DNA of 41,462 nucleotides from a virus (Duplodnaviria; Heunggongvirae; Uroviricota; Caudoviricetes): IMG/VR virus record IMGVR_UViG_2778261298_000002, positions 1 through 41,462 of that record; one strand, given 5' to 3'. The translations under genes were made by a program, and so were the position numbers. Position 1 is the first letter of the stretch. Every line of letters begins with the position of its first letter. The notes under the pieces are model-generated. The model was not told the origin of the DNA. It worked only from the letters and a program-made list of their open reading frames with translations, and did no database searches. Of the stretch, positions 28,692 to 36,833 are shown piece after piece.

Positions 28692-29152
28692 TCTTCACCC
28701 GATGCAGCGCGCTTGCTGCTTTTCCGTAAGCACCGCTCACGACGCGCCAGAAAATTGTTTCGCTCTTGCTGGGAGTGGCTTTCACGGAATGCCGCCATCC
28801 ACACCGTTGCAGCACGACGGTATAAGCCCCTGGACTCCAGTTCTTCCGCCTGGCGGGTCAGGCACAAAATCTCCCGCGGGTCGTTAGTGCCGACATAGAA
28901 ATTGCGCACAGGTCTGGTTTCACGAACTGGTTGCGGTTCCGCCTCCTGCGCTCTCTCAGTCAGGCGCGGGAAATGTCTGCGTGTATCCCCTTCACAACGG
29001 TGAGCCACACGACCACTCTGACGTAACTTGCTTGCTGACTGCAGAACGCGCTGCCGTGAGTAACCTGCAAAAGCATCCGCAATGTCTCCGGAAGTACACC
29101 CCGGATGGGCTTCAATGAATTTCTGAACTTCATTCAAAAGACTCATGATCAC
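28658..29152 (-). CDS. Hypothetical regulator (possibly ANR/PerC-like)
   Basis: 164 aa downstream of the replication gene; family assignment is a weak recollection. Confidence 0.35.
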   Translation of the reverse strand: MIMSLLNEVQKFIEAHPGCTSGDIADAFAGYSRQRVLQSASKLRQSGRVAHRCEGDTRRHFPRLTERAQEAEPQPVRETRPVRNFYVGTNDPREILCLTRQAEELESRGLYRRAATVWMAAFRESHSQQERNNFLARRERCLRKSSKRAASGEEWYLSGNYVGA

Positions 29153-30090
29153 CCCCTGAATCCTGCCGGGATCTGGCTGTAGTCCACGTTGTCGTAACTG
29201 GCTTTGAAGTACGGGTCTTCGCGTTTTTCGGTGTACGTGCTGACGGACGGCGATAAGCGCAGGGAAAGCTCATCCCATTTTTCCCGCAACTTCGACGGGC
29301 TGAGCACGTTACGGCACCAGAACGGATCGCGGCTGACGCGGCTGTACATCTCGCAGATTTGTTTGTGAGTACGACCATCCTGCACACACATCAGGCGAAT
29401 TTCGTTTGCCCAGGCTGTCCAGTTCGGTTCTTTGGGACGAACCACCTCGCCGTCACATTCGGCAGCCTGCTCGTACAGGGCGATGATTTTTTTCCAGAGC
29501 CACTGTGCGCAGGTCAAATCATCCTGCGTTCCCCACTGGCGCTTTTTAGGGCTGAATACAACCGCATCAGGATGGCGAGTTAAAAAATCCTGTTCATCCG
29601 TCTGCGTGTCCGGTTGCGAAGCGTCCGGACGAGAAGGTTTTTTATCTGACGGATCATGTTTTGATTTTACTGACGGATCCCCGCCAGATTCTGACGGGTG
29701 AAAACCCGCTTTTTTGCCAGATTTCGACGCATCAAATTTTGACGGGTCAGATTTTGATGCGTCAGATTTTGACGGGTCAGAATCTGACAGTTGAGAAAAT
29801 GCCGCTGCCTGAAGCTTCGCAACGTTAAGCTGATAAACATTCGACGCATTGCGGTTACCCTGGCGACGCGCCTTACGCGTTAACCAGCCTTCTGCTTCCA
29901 GCCGTGCGATAGCCGTTCTGACGGTACTCATCCCCGCGCCAATCTGGCGGGCAATGGTTTCAATTGATGGCCAGCACACACCTTCGTCATTACTGAAATC
30001 AGCCAGGCGGGCCATAATTGCCACGCTGGATAATTTCATGCCTGATGCAGCGCAACCATCCCATACATAGCCGGTTAATTTAGTGCTCAT
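29149..30090 (-). CDS. Replication initiation protein (O-like, N-terminal winged HTH) with internal iterons
   Basis: 313 aa; N-terminal wHTH (..WPSIETIARQIGAGMSTVRTAIARLEAEGWL..); central pentapeptide repeats (SKSDA/SKSDP/SKFDA) encoded by tandem DNA repeats. Confidence 0.6.
   Translation of the reverse strand: MSTKLTGYVWDGCAASGMKLSSVAIMARLADFSNDEGVCWPSIETIARQIGAGMSTVRTAIARLEAEGWLTRKARRQGNRNASNVYQLNVAKLQAAAFSQLSDSDPSKSDASKSDPSKFDASKSGKKAGFHPSESGGDPSVKSKHDPSDKKPSRPDASQPDTQTDEQDFLTRHPDAVVFSPKKRQWGTQDDLTCAQWLWKKIIALYEQAAECDGEVVRPKEPNWTAWANEIRLMCVQDGRTHKQICEMYSRVSRDPFWCRNVLSPSKLREKWDELSLRLSPSVSTYTEKREDPYFKASYDNVDYSQIPAGFRG
29650..29795. repeat. Iteron array (putative replication origin) inside the replication gene
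   Basis: At least 5 tandem 15-bp units (tcagattttgacggg / tcagattttgatgcg / tcaaattttgacggg) plus degenerate copies upstream. Confidence 0.55.
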
Positions 30091-30438
30091 GACCGACCTC
30101 TATTTCCCTGAATTTACGACGAAACTGTTCGAGCGGGCTGAAGCACTCATGCTCATAGCCTTCGCGGAGGTAGATAACTCGTTGTGTTTCCGGCTCCCAA
30201 CGAATGACTCTGACGGGCACTCCGTAGTGATCTTTGAACCAGCGGTTAACTTGTCGCAAAGGACTGTCTCCTTCTGCCGGTTGAAATCACCCACAGCCCA
30301 CTCAGCAAAGCTGTGGGTTACAATTTCCCTGTCACCTGGTACATTAACTGCATAGCAATACTCCACCTTCGCTTTTCCACCCGGTACAGGAAGCGCAATC
30401 AGTTGCGAGCGACGGTAGTGTGTTGTTAAACTGTTCAT
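30080..30438 (-). pseudogene. Hypothetical early gene, apparent frameshift (or sequencing error)
   Basis: N-terminal 50 aa ([51 protein letters not shown]) in one frame; protein-like C-terminus (..[53 protein letters not shown]) in another, ending in a stop that overlaps the replication gene ATG. Confidence 0.4.
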
Positions 30439-31019
30439 GCGTTAGTTTCTCCACAGTCACGACACGCCACGGCGCCCGGAGCTGCACACTCGCGGGCGTC
30501 ATTACTTTCTGAAATGCAAAAGATTTTGTAGACCAGTGCTGCATGCTCCTGCAGCTTCGAAATTGAGAGATACAGCTCGTCGTTAATTGCTGTCTTCTCA
30601 TGCGGTTCCACCACACCGTCTTCGATTGCCGAACGAATCTGTCTGGAATAACTGCCAATCTGTTCAATGACTTCCAGCAGGCGCTTGTTAATATCGGCGT
30701 TGTCCACATCCTCGACGTCAGGAAGAGACACAAAGACGCCATTTGCAGACTGCGCCACAGCGTCAGCAATGAAGTGAGTTCCACCAGCACGTTGCAAAAC
30801 CATTGCCCATCCCAGCGGGAAAATCTGATCGCCATCGGCACGAAGGCGGTTAAATAATGCGTTCTCTGTTACATCCAGCCAGTCAGCAGCTTCAGCGTAA
30901 CCACCCGGCAACGCCGCGATAGTTTTTCTGACAGCTTTCACGTACCACTCAGGCTGTTTTTCTACTTTCCAGTGATGCTTACCCACGGCTATCTCCTTAA
31001 AACTGTGGTTACTTTCCAT
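30435..31019 (-). CDS. Early regulatory protein (YdaT/CII-like, uncertain)
   Basis: 194 aa directly downstream of the cro-like gene. Confidence 0.4.
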   Translation of the reverse strand: MESNHSFKEIAVGKHHWKVEKQPEWYVKAVRKTIAALPGGYAEAADWLDVTENALFNRLRADGDQIFPLGWAMVLQRAGGTHFIADAVAQSANGVFVSLPDVEDVDNADINKRLLEVIEQIGSYSRQIRSAIEDGVVEPHEKTAINDELYLSISKLQEHAALVYKIFCISESNDARECAAPGAVACRDCGETNA

Positions 31020-31257
31020 CTGATAAGTCTTTAATCTTTTGAAAAATATCTGGACGTAATTTTTCTTTTGATACGCCAGTGGTCATTTCAATAAATATCG
31101 AGAGTTTTGCAGGGGGACGCTTTTCTCTGTTCAACCAGTTCCAGACATGTTGTTGCTTTACTAAACGACCACTGCTGGCTGTGAGCTTCCGAGCCAATTC
31201 TGATTGACCACCAGCCAGAGCGATTGCCTCTGATAAGGCTAATTGCTCAGGTGTCAT
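31009..31257 (-). CDS. Cro-like HTH regulator (YdaS-like)
   Basis: 82 aa; HTH (SQSELARKLTASSGRLVKQQHVWNWL); divergent from the CI-like repressor. Confidence 0.65.
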   Translation of the reverse strand: MTPEQLALSEAIALAGGQSELARKLTASSGRLVKQQHVWNWLNREKRPPAKLSIFIEMTTGVSKEKLRPDIFQKIKDLSDGK

Positions 31258-31394
31258 AGCTTTCTCCTATCTGTAAGTAGTAAAGTTGTTGATAACTTCG
31301 ATTATACAACTACAACAACTTTCATCACAACTTTTAGATGTTGGAAAGCTAAAACATAAAGTTGTAACCTCAATAAAAACGAGGGGGATATGTT
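31258..31394. promoter_or_regulatory. Immunity operator/promoter region (OR-like) between cro-like and cI-like genes
   Basis: Repeated half-sites AAGTTGT/ACAACTT; minus-strand promoter TTGTGA-18-TATAAT (rc of 31325-31330 and 31301-31306) toward cro; plus-strand TTGATA at 31289-31294. Confidence 0.6.
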
Positions 31395-32081
31395 GTGAAA
31401 ACATTGGCAGAAAGACTAAAAAGCGAAAGAGAAAAAGCAGGAATGAGTCAGGCGCAACTAGCTGAAAAAATTGGGCTTTCACAACAATCCGTAGCGAAAA
31501 TCGAGAATGGAGAAACTCAACAGCCTCGGAAAATTAAAGAGATTGCTAAAGTGTTAGGGGTTTCTCAAAAGTGGTTGCAATTGGGCATTGAGGATAACGC
31601 GTCTTTCCCAGACCTTGTTGTAAAGGAGGCTGAAAGTACAGCATTAGATCCTGACATTTTTGCAAACATTCCAGTCCTAGATGTCGAGTTATCAGCGGGT
31701 AATGGATGTTTGGCTGAAATAGTTGAATCAACTGTAGACTGGTTCCCGCTAAGAAGGATTGATTTAAGAAAAGCTGGTGTATGTGTCTCCAATGCAAAGA
31801 TCGTAAAAATTTGGGGCAATAGTTTACTACCTGTACTTAACAATGGAGATTTTGTTGCTGTTGATGTTTCCCAAACGGTTCCTATTCGTGATGGGGATCT
31901 TTATGCCATACGTGATGGCGTATTACTTAGAGTTAAAATATTGATCAATTTACCTGACGGTGGTCTGATTCTAAGAAGTTTCAATAAAGATGAGTATCCA
32001 GATGAAATACTCACCTTCGAAGATAGGCGTTCAAGAATTCACGTTATAGGTAGAGTATTCTGGTCATCGCGCACTTGGTAA
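31395..32081 (+). CDS. CI-like repressor (HTH XRE domain plus S24 LexA-like peptidase domain), GTG start
   Basis: 228 aa; N-terminal HTH (MSQAQLAEKIGLSQQSVAKIENGE); C-terminal S24-like domain. Confidence 0.8.
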   Translation: MKTLAERLKSEREKAGMSQAQLAEKIGLSQQSVAKIENGETQQPRKIKEIAKVLGVSQKWLQLGIEDNASFPDLVVKEAESTALDPDIFANIPVLDVELSAGNGCLAEIVESTVDWFPLRRIDLRKAGVCVSNAKIVKIWGNSLLPVLNNGDFVAVDVSQTVPIRDGDLYAIRDGVLLRVKILINLPDGGLILRSFNKDEYPDEILTFEDRRSRIHVIGRVFWSSRTW

Positions 32082-32267
32082 TGCATCAAAAAACCTTCCT
32101 TCAGAAATTTAGTTACCATTATTACCCGCCTTTTCAATCTTCCTCCCGTGATTTGAGAGTTTCCAATCACGGAAGGAAAGTGTCCCTTGTGTAATTAAAA
32201 GCGCATCGTCCATACAACCTCCTTTTTTGATAACCCTTGCCCTCATTTCACATCCGTCAAAACCACA

Positions 32268-32320
32268 TAAAGTTGTTGACAACAACCAAAACAACAACTA
32301 GATTACAACTTAAAGATGTT
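32268..32320. promoter_or_regulatory. Second operator/promoter cluster (OL/PL-like) driving the early-left operon
   Basis: aaagttgttgacaacaaccaaaacaacaactagattacaacttaaagatgttg repeats the OR half-sites; plus-strand TTGACA (32276-32281)-17 bp-TAGATT (32299-32304). Confidence 0.55.
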
Positions 32321-32396
32321 GCAGTAACGAACAGGCAGGACGCCCACGAAGTAGCCGCCGGTGGCGTATGAATGACCGGATGATTCGTTAAATACT

Positions 32397-32618
32397 ATGT
32401 GTAAGAGAGCGCAAATGAACCGTTATTTCACATGCTCGTTTTGTGGCGCAAACGAGCTGCAGGCAAAAAAAATCATCGCCAAAGGCGGAAAAGATGAAGT
32501 TGCTATCTGCTCTGAGTGCGTAGTCTTGTGTGTCGGGGCATTAATCAATATCAGCACAACTATTCAGTTCACACCAAATGAGAATGCGCCTTTAGATGCG
32601 CGGAAATCTGGAGGTTAA
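32397..32618 (+). CDS. Small protein with ClpX-type C4 zinc finger (ClpX N-domain mimic)
   Basis: 73 aa; YFTCSFCGANELQAKKIIAKGGKDEVAICSECVVLC parallels ClpX [33 protein letters not shown]. Confidence 0.65.
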   Translation: MCKRAQMNRYFTCSFCGANELQAKKIIAKGGKDEVAICSECVVLCVGALINISTTIQFTPNENAPLDARKSGG

Positions 32619-32668
32619 AGAACAAAATGAAAGTCCAGATTTTAAACAATAACTGTGAAGTCGTTTGG
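32606..32668. repeat. 63-bp direct repeat, copy 1 (RBS plus first 14 codons MKVQILNN...; truncated ORF here)
   Basis: Near-identical to 33234-33296; here the ORF stops after 15 codons (MKVQILNNNCEVVWA*). Confidence 0.8.
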
Positions 32669-32677
32669 GCGTAAAAC

Positions 32678-32884
32678 ATGACCGCGCGTAGACCAAGGGA
32701 GGAAAAAGTGGGAATAGTTAGAAATCAAGCAGATATATTGAAAATCAGCTCTGAATTGCTTGGAGTTTTGAAAAGTGAGCTCACCGCACATGGCATCGAG
32801 CCCACTGACGAAAATTTAAGTTGGGTTTTGTCGATTATTCAACAATCACTCAAGCCCAGCCTCAGCAAACTTTTTATCGAGTAG
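32678..32884 (+). CDS. Hypothetical small protein (68 aa; alternative GTG start at 32708)
   Basis: ORF with RBS GGGAGG before the GTG; 3' end overlaps the convergent minus-strand ORF. Confidence 0.4.
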   Translation: MTARRPREEKVGIVRNQADILKISSELLGVLKSELTAHGIEPTDENLSWVLSIIQQSLKPSLSKLFIE

Positions 32885-33037
32885 TGCTTCGAACTTATCG
32901 TAAAGCTTGCTTATGTCGTCTATCGGGTTTTCTGACGTACTGTAATTTTTATCTGATGTCATGGCAGCAGTCTGATATGCAGTGTGAGTCTTAACAGATA
33001 GTTGGAATAAATAAAGAATTTTTTCTTCTTTGGTCAT
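32846..33037 (-). CDS. Hypothetical small protein (63 aa from the ATG with a good RBS)
   Basis: MTKEEKILYLFQLSVKTH...; RBS aggaaa; 91-bp repeat lies about 35 bp upstream. Confidence 0.45.
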   Translation of the reverse strand: MTKEEKILYLFQLSVKTHTAYQTAAMTSDKNYSTSENPIDDISKLYDKFEALLDKKFAEAGLE

Positions 33038-33071
33038 AACTATTTCCTTCTTGGCTATATGAAAACACCAA

Positions 33072-33162
33072 GATACCACCGAGCCTGAAGTGGTGAAAAG
33101 ACAGGCACATAACAGCTAAGTATTTTCAACCAGAGAGAATCCTTAGCGTTGTGGTGAATGCG
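33072..33162. repeat. 91-bp direct repeat, copy 1 (upstream of minus-strand small gene)
   Basis: gataccaccgagcctgaagtggtgaaaagacaggcacataacagctaagtattttcaaccagagagaatccttagcgttgtggtgaatgcg; identical copy at 33727-33817. Confidence 0.85.
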
Positions 33163-33233
33163 CAGGCTGATGCGCGAAAGACATTGCAGCTATTGCGGAA
33201 AAGAGCTGTTCGGCGGGGCCATTAAACGCCCGT

Positions 33234-33296
33234 ATCTGGAGGTTAAAGAACAAAATGAAAGTCCAGATTTTAAACAATAGTGGTGAAGTCGTTTGG
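33234..33296. repeat. 63-bp direct repeat, copy 2 (start of the full-length MKVQILNN ORF)
   Basis: Matches 32606-32668. Confidence 0.8.
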
Positions 33297-33530
33297 TCAT
33301 ACGACATAGCCGCTCCTGTAGATCAGAGCGGCGATAGCTGGACCAATGGGAAACATCAGATTATGGCTGGAGTTGTGTTCTCTTTACGCCGTGCTTTGGA
33401 ACAGGCTGAAGTATTTCCATCAGACCCTGAATGGAAATGGCCTTTTTCTATTTGTCCAAATTCGGAGAGCACATTTCAGAAAATTGGTCAGAAAGTCGCA
33501 CTCGAAGAGCATCAGCCAACTGTTTCCTGA
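33255..33530 (+). CDS. Hypothetical small protein (91 aa)
   Basis: MKVQILNNSGEVVWSYDIAAPV...; RBS GGAGG; 3' end overlaps the convergent ORF. Confidence 0.5.
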   Translation: MKVQILNNSGEVVWSYDIAAPVDQSGDSWTNGKHQIMAGVVFSLRRALEQAEVFPSDPEWKWPFSICPNSESTFQKIGQKVALEEHQPTVS

Positions 33531-33693
33531 TTTTTTCAGGTAACTCGTCGGCATCGCAGAAACAACAACGCTCGATCATGTTGAAAGCCGATTCGTAGAA
33601 CTGTTTCTGCTGAGTGTCGCTGAGACAGGAAAAGAGCGACGTTACGATGATTTTATTAATTGCATTATCAAGTTCTTTTTCATCAAAAGTCAT
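33448..33693 (-). CDS. Hypothetical small protein (81 aa, Cys-containing)
   Basis: MTFDEKELDNAINKII...ERCCFCDADELPEK...; RBS aaggaaaa; 91-bp repeat about 34 bp upstream. Confidence 0.5.
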   Translation of the reverse strand: MTFDEKELDNAINKIIVTSLFSCLSDTQQKQFYESAFNMIERCCFCDADELPEKIRKQLADALRVRLSDQFSEMCSPNLDK

Positions 33694-33726
33694 TTGATTT
33701 TCCTTTTATGTATACGGGCTTAAAAG

Positions 33727-33817
33727 GATACCACCGAGCCTGAAGTGGTGAAAAGACAGGCACATAACAGCTAAGTATTTTCAACCAGAGAGAATCCTTA
33801 GCGTTGTGGTGAATGCG
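33727..33817. repeat. 91-bp direct repeat, copy 2
   Basis: Identical to 33072-33162. Confidence 0.85.
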
Positions 33818-33947
33818 GCTCAGCGCACGCGGGTTAAGGTTGAGGCTGACAGTCGACCTTCTGTGGATACCCACCCGCCTGGTGTGCAACCTTCGCCAGG
33901 CACCGGGAGGCACCCGGCACCACAACTTTATGCTGTGTGTAGTCCTC

Positions 33948-33993
33948 GCGGTACCAGTTTGTACACTTGCTTCCGGCTGGTACCGCTCTTTTT
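33948..33993 (+). terminator. Terminator-like hairpin (10-bp stem gcggtaccag/ctggtaccgc plus T-run) in a GC-rich structured leader
   Basis: Perfect 10-bp inverted repeat with a 19-nt loop, followed by tcttttt. Confidence 0.4.
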
Positions 33994-34130
33994 ACAAAAC
34001 AGAGAAGAGCATCACCGGACGACGGGCTCATAACCCAATCCATCCGGGCGGCTGCCACCGCAGGTGTTCTTCTCTGTTTTGTGGAGAAACCAACCGACCT
34101 TGCAGGGTCGATATGATGAGGAGCAGCAAA

Positions 34131-34493
34131 ATGGCTAGCGAACGCAGTACTGATGTGCAGGCATTTATCGGGGAGCTGGACGGCGGCGTATTTGAAACCA
34201 AAATCGGCGCTGTTCTCAGTGAAGTCGCTTCCGGTGTGATGAACACGAAAACCAAAGGTAAGGTCTCGCTCAACCTGGAAATCGAACCATTTGATGAGAA
34301 CCGTGTGAAAATCAAACACAAACTCTCATATGTTCGCCCGACTAACCGCGGGAAAATTTCCGAAGAAGACACCACCGAAACGCCGATGTATGTCAATCGC
34401 GGTGGTCGCCTGACTATTCTGCAGGAAGACCAGGGACAATTACTGACTCTTGCCGGTGAACCTGACGGAAAACTCCGCGCAGCAGGTCGTTAA
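34131..34493 (+). CDS. Hypothetical protein, YfdP-like (120 aa)
   Basis: Start taken at MASERS with RBS GAGGAG; size and order recall the CPS-53 yfdP-yfdT block; the track's longer ORF from 33813 is rejected. Confidence 0.5.
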   Translation: MASERSTDVQAFIGELDGGVFETKIGAVLSEVASGVMNTKTKGKVSLNLEIEPFDENRVKIKHKLSYVRPTNRGKISEEDTTETPMYVNRGGRLTILQEDQGQLLTLAGEPDGKLRAAGR

Positions 34494-34558
34494 TATCGTT
34501 CGTAATAAACTGATTATTTATCTCATCACTGAATATCTTTATATAGTGAGGACTTATT

Positions 34559-35383
34559 ATGTCTCAGAACTTAGACGCAACCGCAATTAATCAAATCCAT
34601 GCCCTTATTTCTGCTCAGGGTGTTAATGAAATTATCAGTAAGATTGGTGCCGATGCTGTGGCATTGCCTGAGAATTTCCGCATTCATGATCTGGAAAAAT
34701 TTAATTTAAATCGCTTCCGTTTCCGTGGTGCGCTTTCCACTGCCAGTATCGATGACTTTACCCGTTATTCTAAAGATCTTGCAGATGAAGGCACCCGCTG
34801 CTTTATCGATGCCGATAATATGCGTGCCGTCAGTGTGCTTAACCTGGGTACTATTGATGAACCAGGTCACGCAGATAACACCGCCACTCTCAAACTGAAA
34901 AAGACAGCACCGTTCTCTGCCCTGTTGTCTGTTAACGGCGAGCGTAACTCCCAGAAATCACTGGCAGAATGGATTGAAGACTGGGCCGACTACCTTGTGG
35001 GCTTTGATGCTAATGGTGACGCCATTCAGGCAACAAAAGCGGCGGCGGCAATCCGTAAAATCACGATTGAAGCAAACCAGACCGCTGATTTTGAAGATAA
35101 TGACTTCAGCGGCAAACGCTCCCTGATGGAATCTGTCGAAGCGAAGACCAAAGACATTATGCCAGTGGCATTTGAATTTAAATGCGTTCCATTTGAAGGC
35201 CTGAAAGAACGTCCGTTTAAATTACGACTCAGCATTATCACTGGCGATCGTCCTGTACTGGTTCTGCGCATTATTCAGCTGGAAGCGGTGCAGGAAGAAA
35301 TGGCTAACGAATTTCGTGATCTGCTTGTTGAGAAATTCAAAGACAGCAAAGTAGAAACCTTTATTGGTACTTTCACCGCCTGA
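34559..35383 (+). CDS. DUF2303-like protein (YfdQ-like, 274 aa)
   Basis: Size and synteny; RBS GTGAGGA upstream. Confidence 0.5.
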   Translation: MSQNLDATAINQIHALISAQGVNEIISKIGADAVALPENFRIHDLEKFNLNRFRFRGALSTASIDDFTRYSKDLADEGTRCFIDADNMRAVSVLNLGTIDEPGHADNTATLKLKKTAPFSALLSVNGERNSQKSLAEWIEDWADYLVGFDANGDAIQATKAAAAIRKITIEANQTADFEDNDFSGKRSLMESVEAKTKDIMPVAFEFKCVPFEGLKERPFKLRLSIITGDRPVLVLRIIQLEAVQEEMANEFRDLLVEKFKDSKVETFIGTFTA

Positions 35384-35511
35384 TTTCATTACTGCAAATG
35401 CCCCTGCGGGGGCATTTATGGAAACGTAATTAACTCAATAATCACCGGATGGTGAGGGCTTCCTTTTACCAGAATTCAGTGCGGTGCAGCGCAAATAACG
35501 TGGAGAACAAA

Positions 35512-36048
35512 ATGTCATTTATTAAAACTTTTTCTGGGAAGCATTTTTATTATGACAGGATAAATAAAGACGACATCGTTATTAACGATATCGCGGTTTC
35601 CCTTTCAAATATCTGTCGCTTTGCAGGACATCTTTCACACTTCTACAGCGTCGCCCAACATGCGGTTCTTTGCAGCCAACTGGTACCGCAGGAATTTGCT
35701 TTTGAAGCGTTAATGCATGATGCAACAGAAGCATATTGCCAGGACATCCCCGCACCACTGAAACGCCTTCTTCCTGACTATAAACGGATGGAAGAAAAAA
35801 TAGACGCCGTAATCCGTGAGAAATACGGGTTACCTCCTGTTATGAGCACGCCAGTGAAATATGCCGATCTCATTATGCTGGCAACCGAACGCCGCGATCT
35901 CGGGCTTGATGATGGCTCTTTCTGGCCTGTACTGGAAGGTATCCCGGCGACAGAGATGTTCAAAGTTATTCCACTGTCACCAGGCCATGCCTACGGGATG
36001 TTTATGGAACGTTTTAACGAGTTATCGGAGTTACGCAAATGCGCATGA
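35512..36048 (+). CDS. HD-domain phosphohydrolase (YfdR-like 5'-deoxynucleotidase)
   Basis: 178 aa from MSFIKTF; H..H and HD motifs (GHLSHFYSVAQHAV...LMHDATEAY). Confidence 0.65.
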   Translation: MSFIKTFSGKHFYYDRINKDDIVINDIAVSLSNICRFAGHLSHFYSVAQHAVLCSQLVPQEFAFEALMHDATEAYCQDIPAPLKRLLPDYKRMEEKIDAVIREKYGLPPVMSTPVKYADLIMLATERRDLGLDDGSFWPVLEGIPATEMFKVIPLSPGHAYGMFMERFNELSELRKCA

Positions 36049-36401
36049 ATGTTTTCGAAATGGAAGGGTTTCTTCGCGGGAAATGTGTACCGCGAGATCT
36101 GAAAGTGAACGAAACAAATGCTGAGTACCTGGTACGTAAATTCGATGCGCTTGAAGCTAAATGTGCGGCACTGGAAAACAAAATAATACCAGTGTCAGTT
36201 GAACTGCCACCAGCAAATGAAAGTGTTCTGTTATTTGATGCTAACGGAGAAGGCTGGCTAATTGGCTGGCGTTCTCTCTGGTACACCTGGGGACAAAAAG
36301 AAACCGGAGAATGGCAGTGGACATTTCAGGTCGGGGACCTTGAAAACGTCAATATCACTCACTGGGCAGTAATGCCGAAAGCACCGGAGAATAAGAAATG
36401 A
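36039..36401 (+). CDS. Hypothetical protein (YfdS-like, 120 aa)
   Basis: Overlapping start with the previous gene; synteny. Confidence 0.45.
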   Translation: MRMNVFEMEGFLRGKCVPRDLKVNETNAEYLVRKFDALEAKCAALENKIIPVSVELPPANESVLLFDANGEGWLIGWRSLWYTWGQKETGEWQWTFQVGDLENVNITHWAVMPKAPENKK

Positions 36402-36601
36402 GCGTGATAAAAACTCATACAGGAATTGTTATCACCCGAGACGGTCCGCAGGTAAAAAAACTGCACCAGACAAAGCGGATGTGGGTCGTCGGAAAAAACG
36501 AGTTTTACCACAAAGAAACCGGACGCCGCCACTTTGCAGAAAATACGCGCCGCCGACTGCTGATCGACAGCATCAAGCCTATCGAGGTGAAGCATGTTTA
36601 A
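36398..36601 (+). CDS. Hypothetical small protein (67 aa)
   Basis: Translationally coupled ORF. Confidence 0.4.
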   Translation: MSVIKTHTGIVITRDGPQVKKLHQTKRMWVVGKNEFYHKETGRRHFAENTRRRLLIDSIKPIEVKHV

Positions 36602-36833
36602 ACAGAACGAAAAATCTATCGCTCAAATTGCTGAGTATATCCCGCGTGCGTGCCGGGGTATGCAGTTGCAGGAAGCCAAAGCGCGCCTGGAGAAAAAAAT
36701 TGCGCTCTATATCGATGACGGCTGTGATGCTGCCGTTCTTAACGCAGCGTTCGCGCCAGCTCTTAACAGTCATACGCGGGAGTCTTTTTTTTCGCGCATC
36801 GCAGCGCAGATCCGTAAAGGAGGCAGCCAGTGA
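36594..36833 (+). CDS. Hypothetical small protein (79 aa)
   Basis: Translationally coupled ORF. Confidence 0.4.
   Translation: MFKQNEKSIAQIAEYIPRACRGMQLQEAKARLEKKIALYIDDGCDAAVLNAAFAPALNSHTRESFFSRIAAQIRKGGSQ

Noticed and set aside
29650-29795. CRISPR-like short tandem repeats
   Set aside because: Repeats are 15 bp, contiguous without spacers, and lie in frame inside the replication gene; they are iterons and coding repeats, not a CRISPR array.
30083-30355. Plus-strand 90-aa ORF overlapping the frameshifted early gene
   Set aside because: It runs antisense to the operon, and the minus-strand frames show translational coupling to the replication gene.
33813-34130. N-terminal 100 codons of the 226-aa ORF in the track
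   Set aside because: The region is GC-rich, hairpin-rich and lacks an RBS; the downstream 120 codons from MASERS with a GAGGAG RBS form the credible gene.
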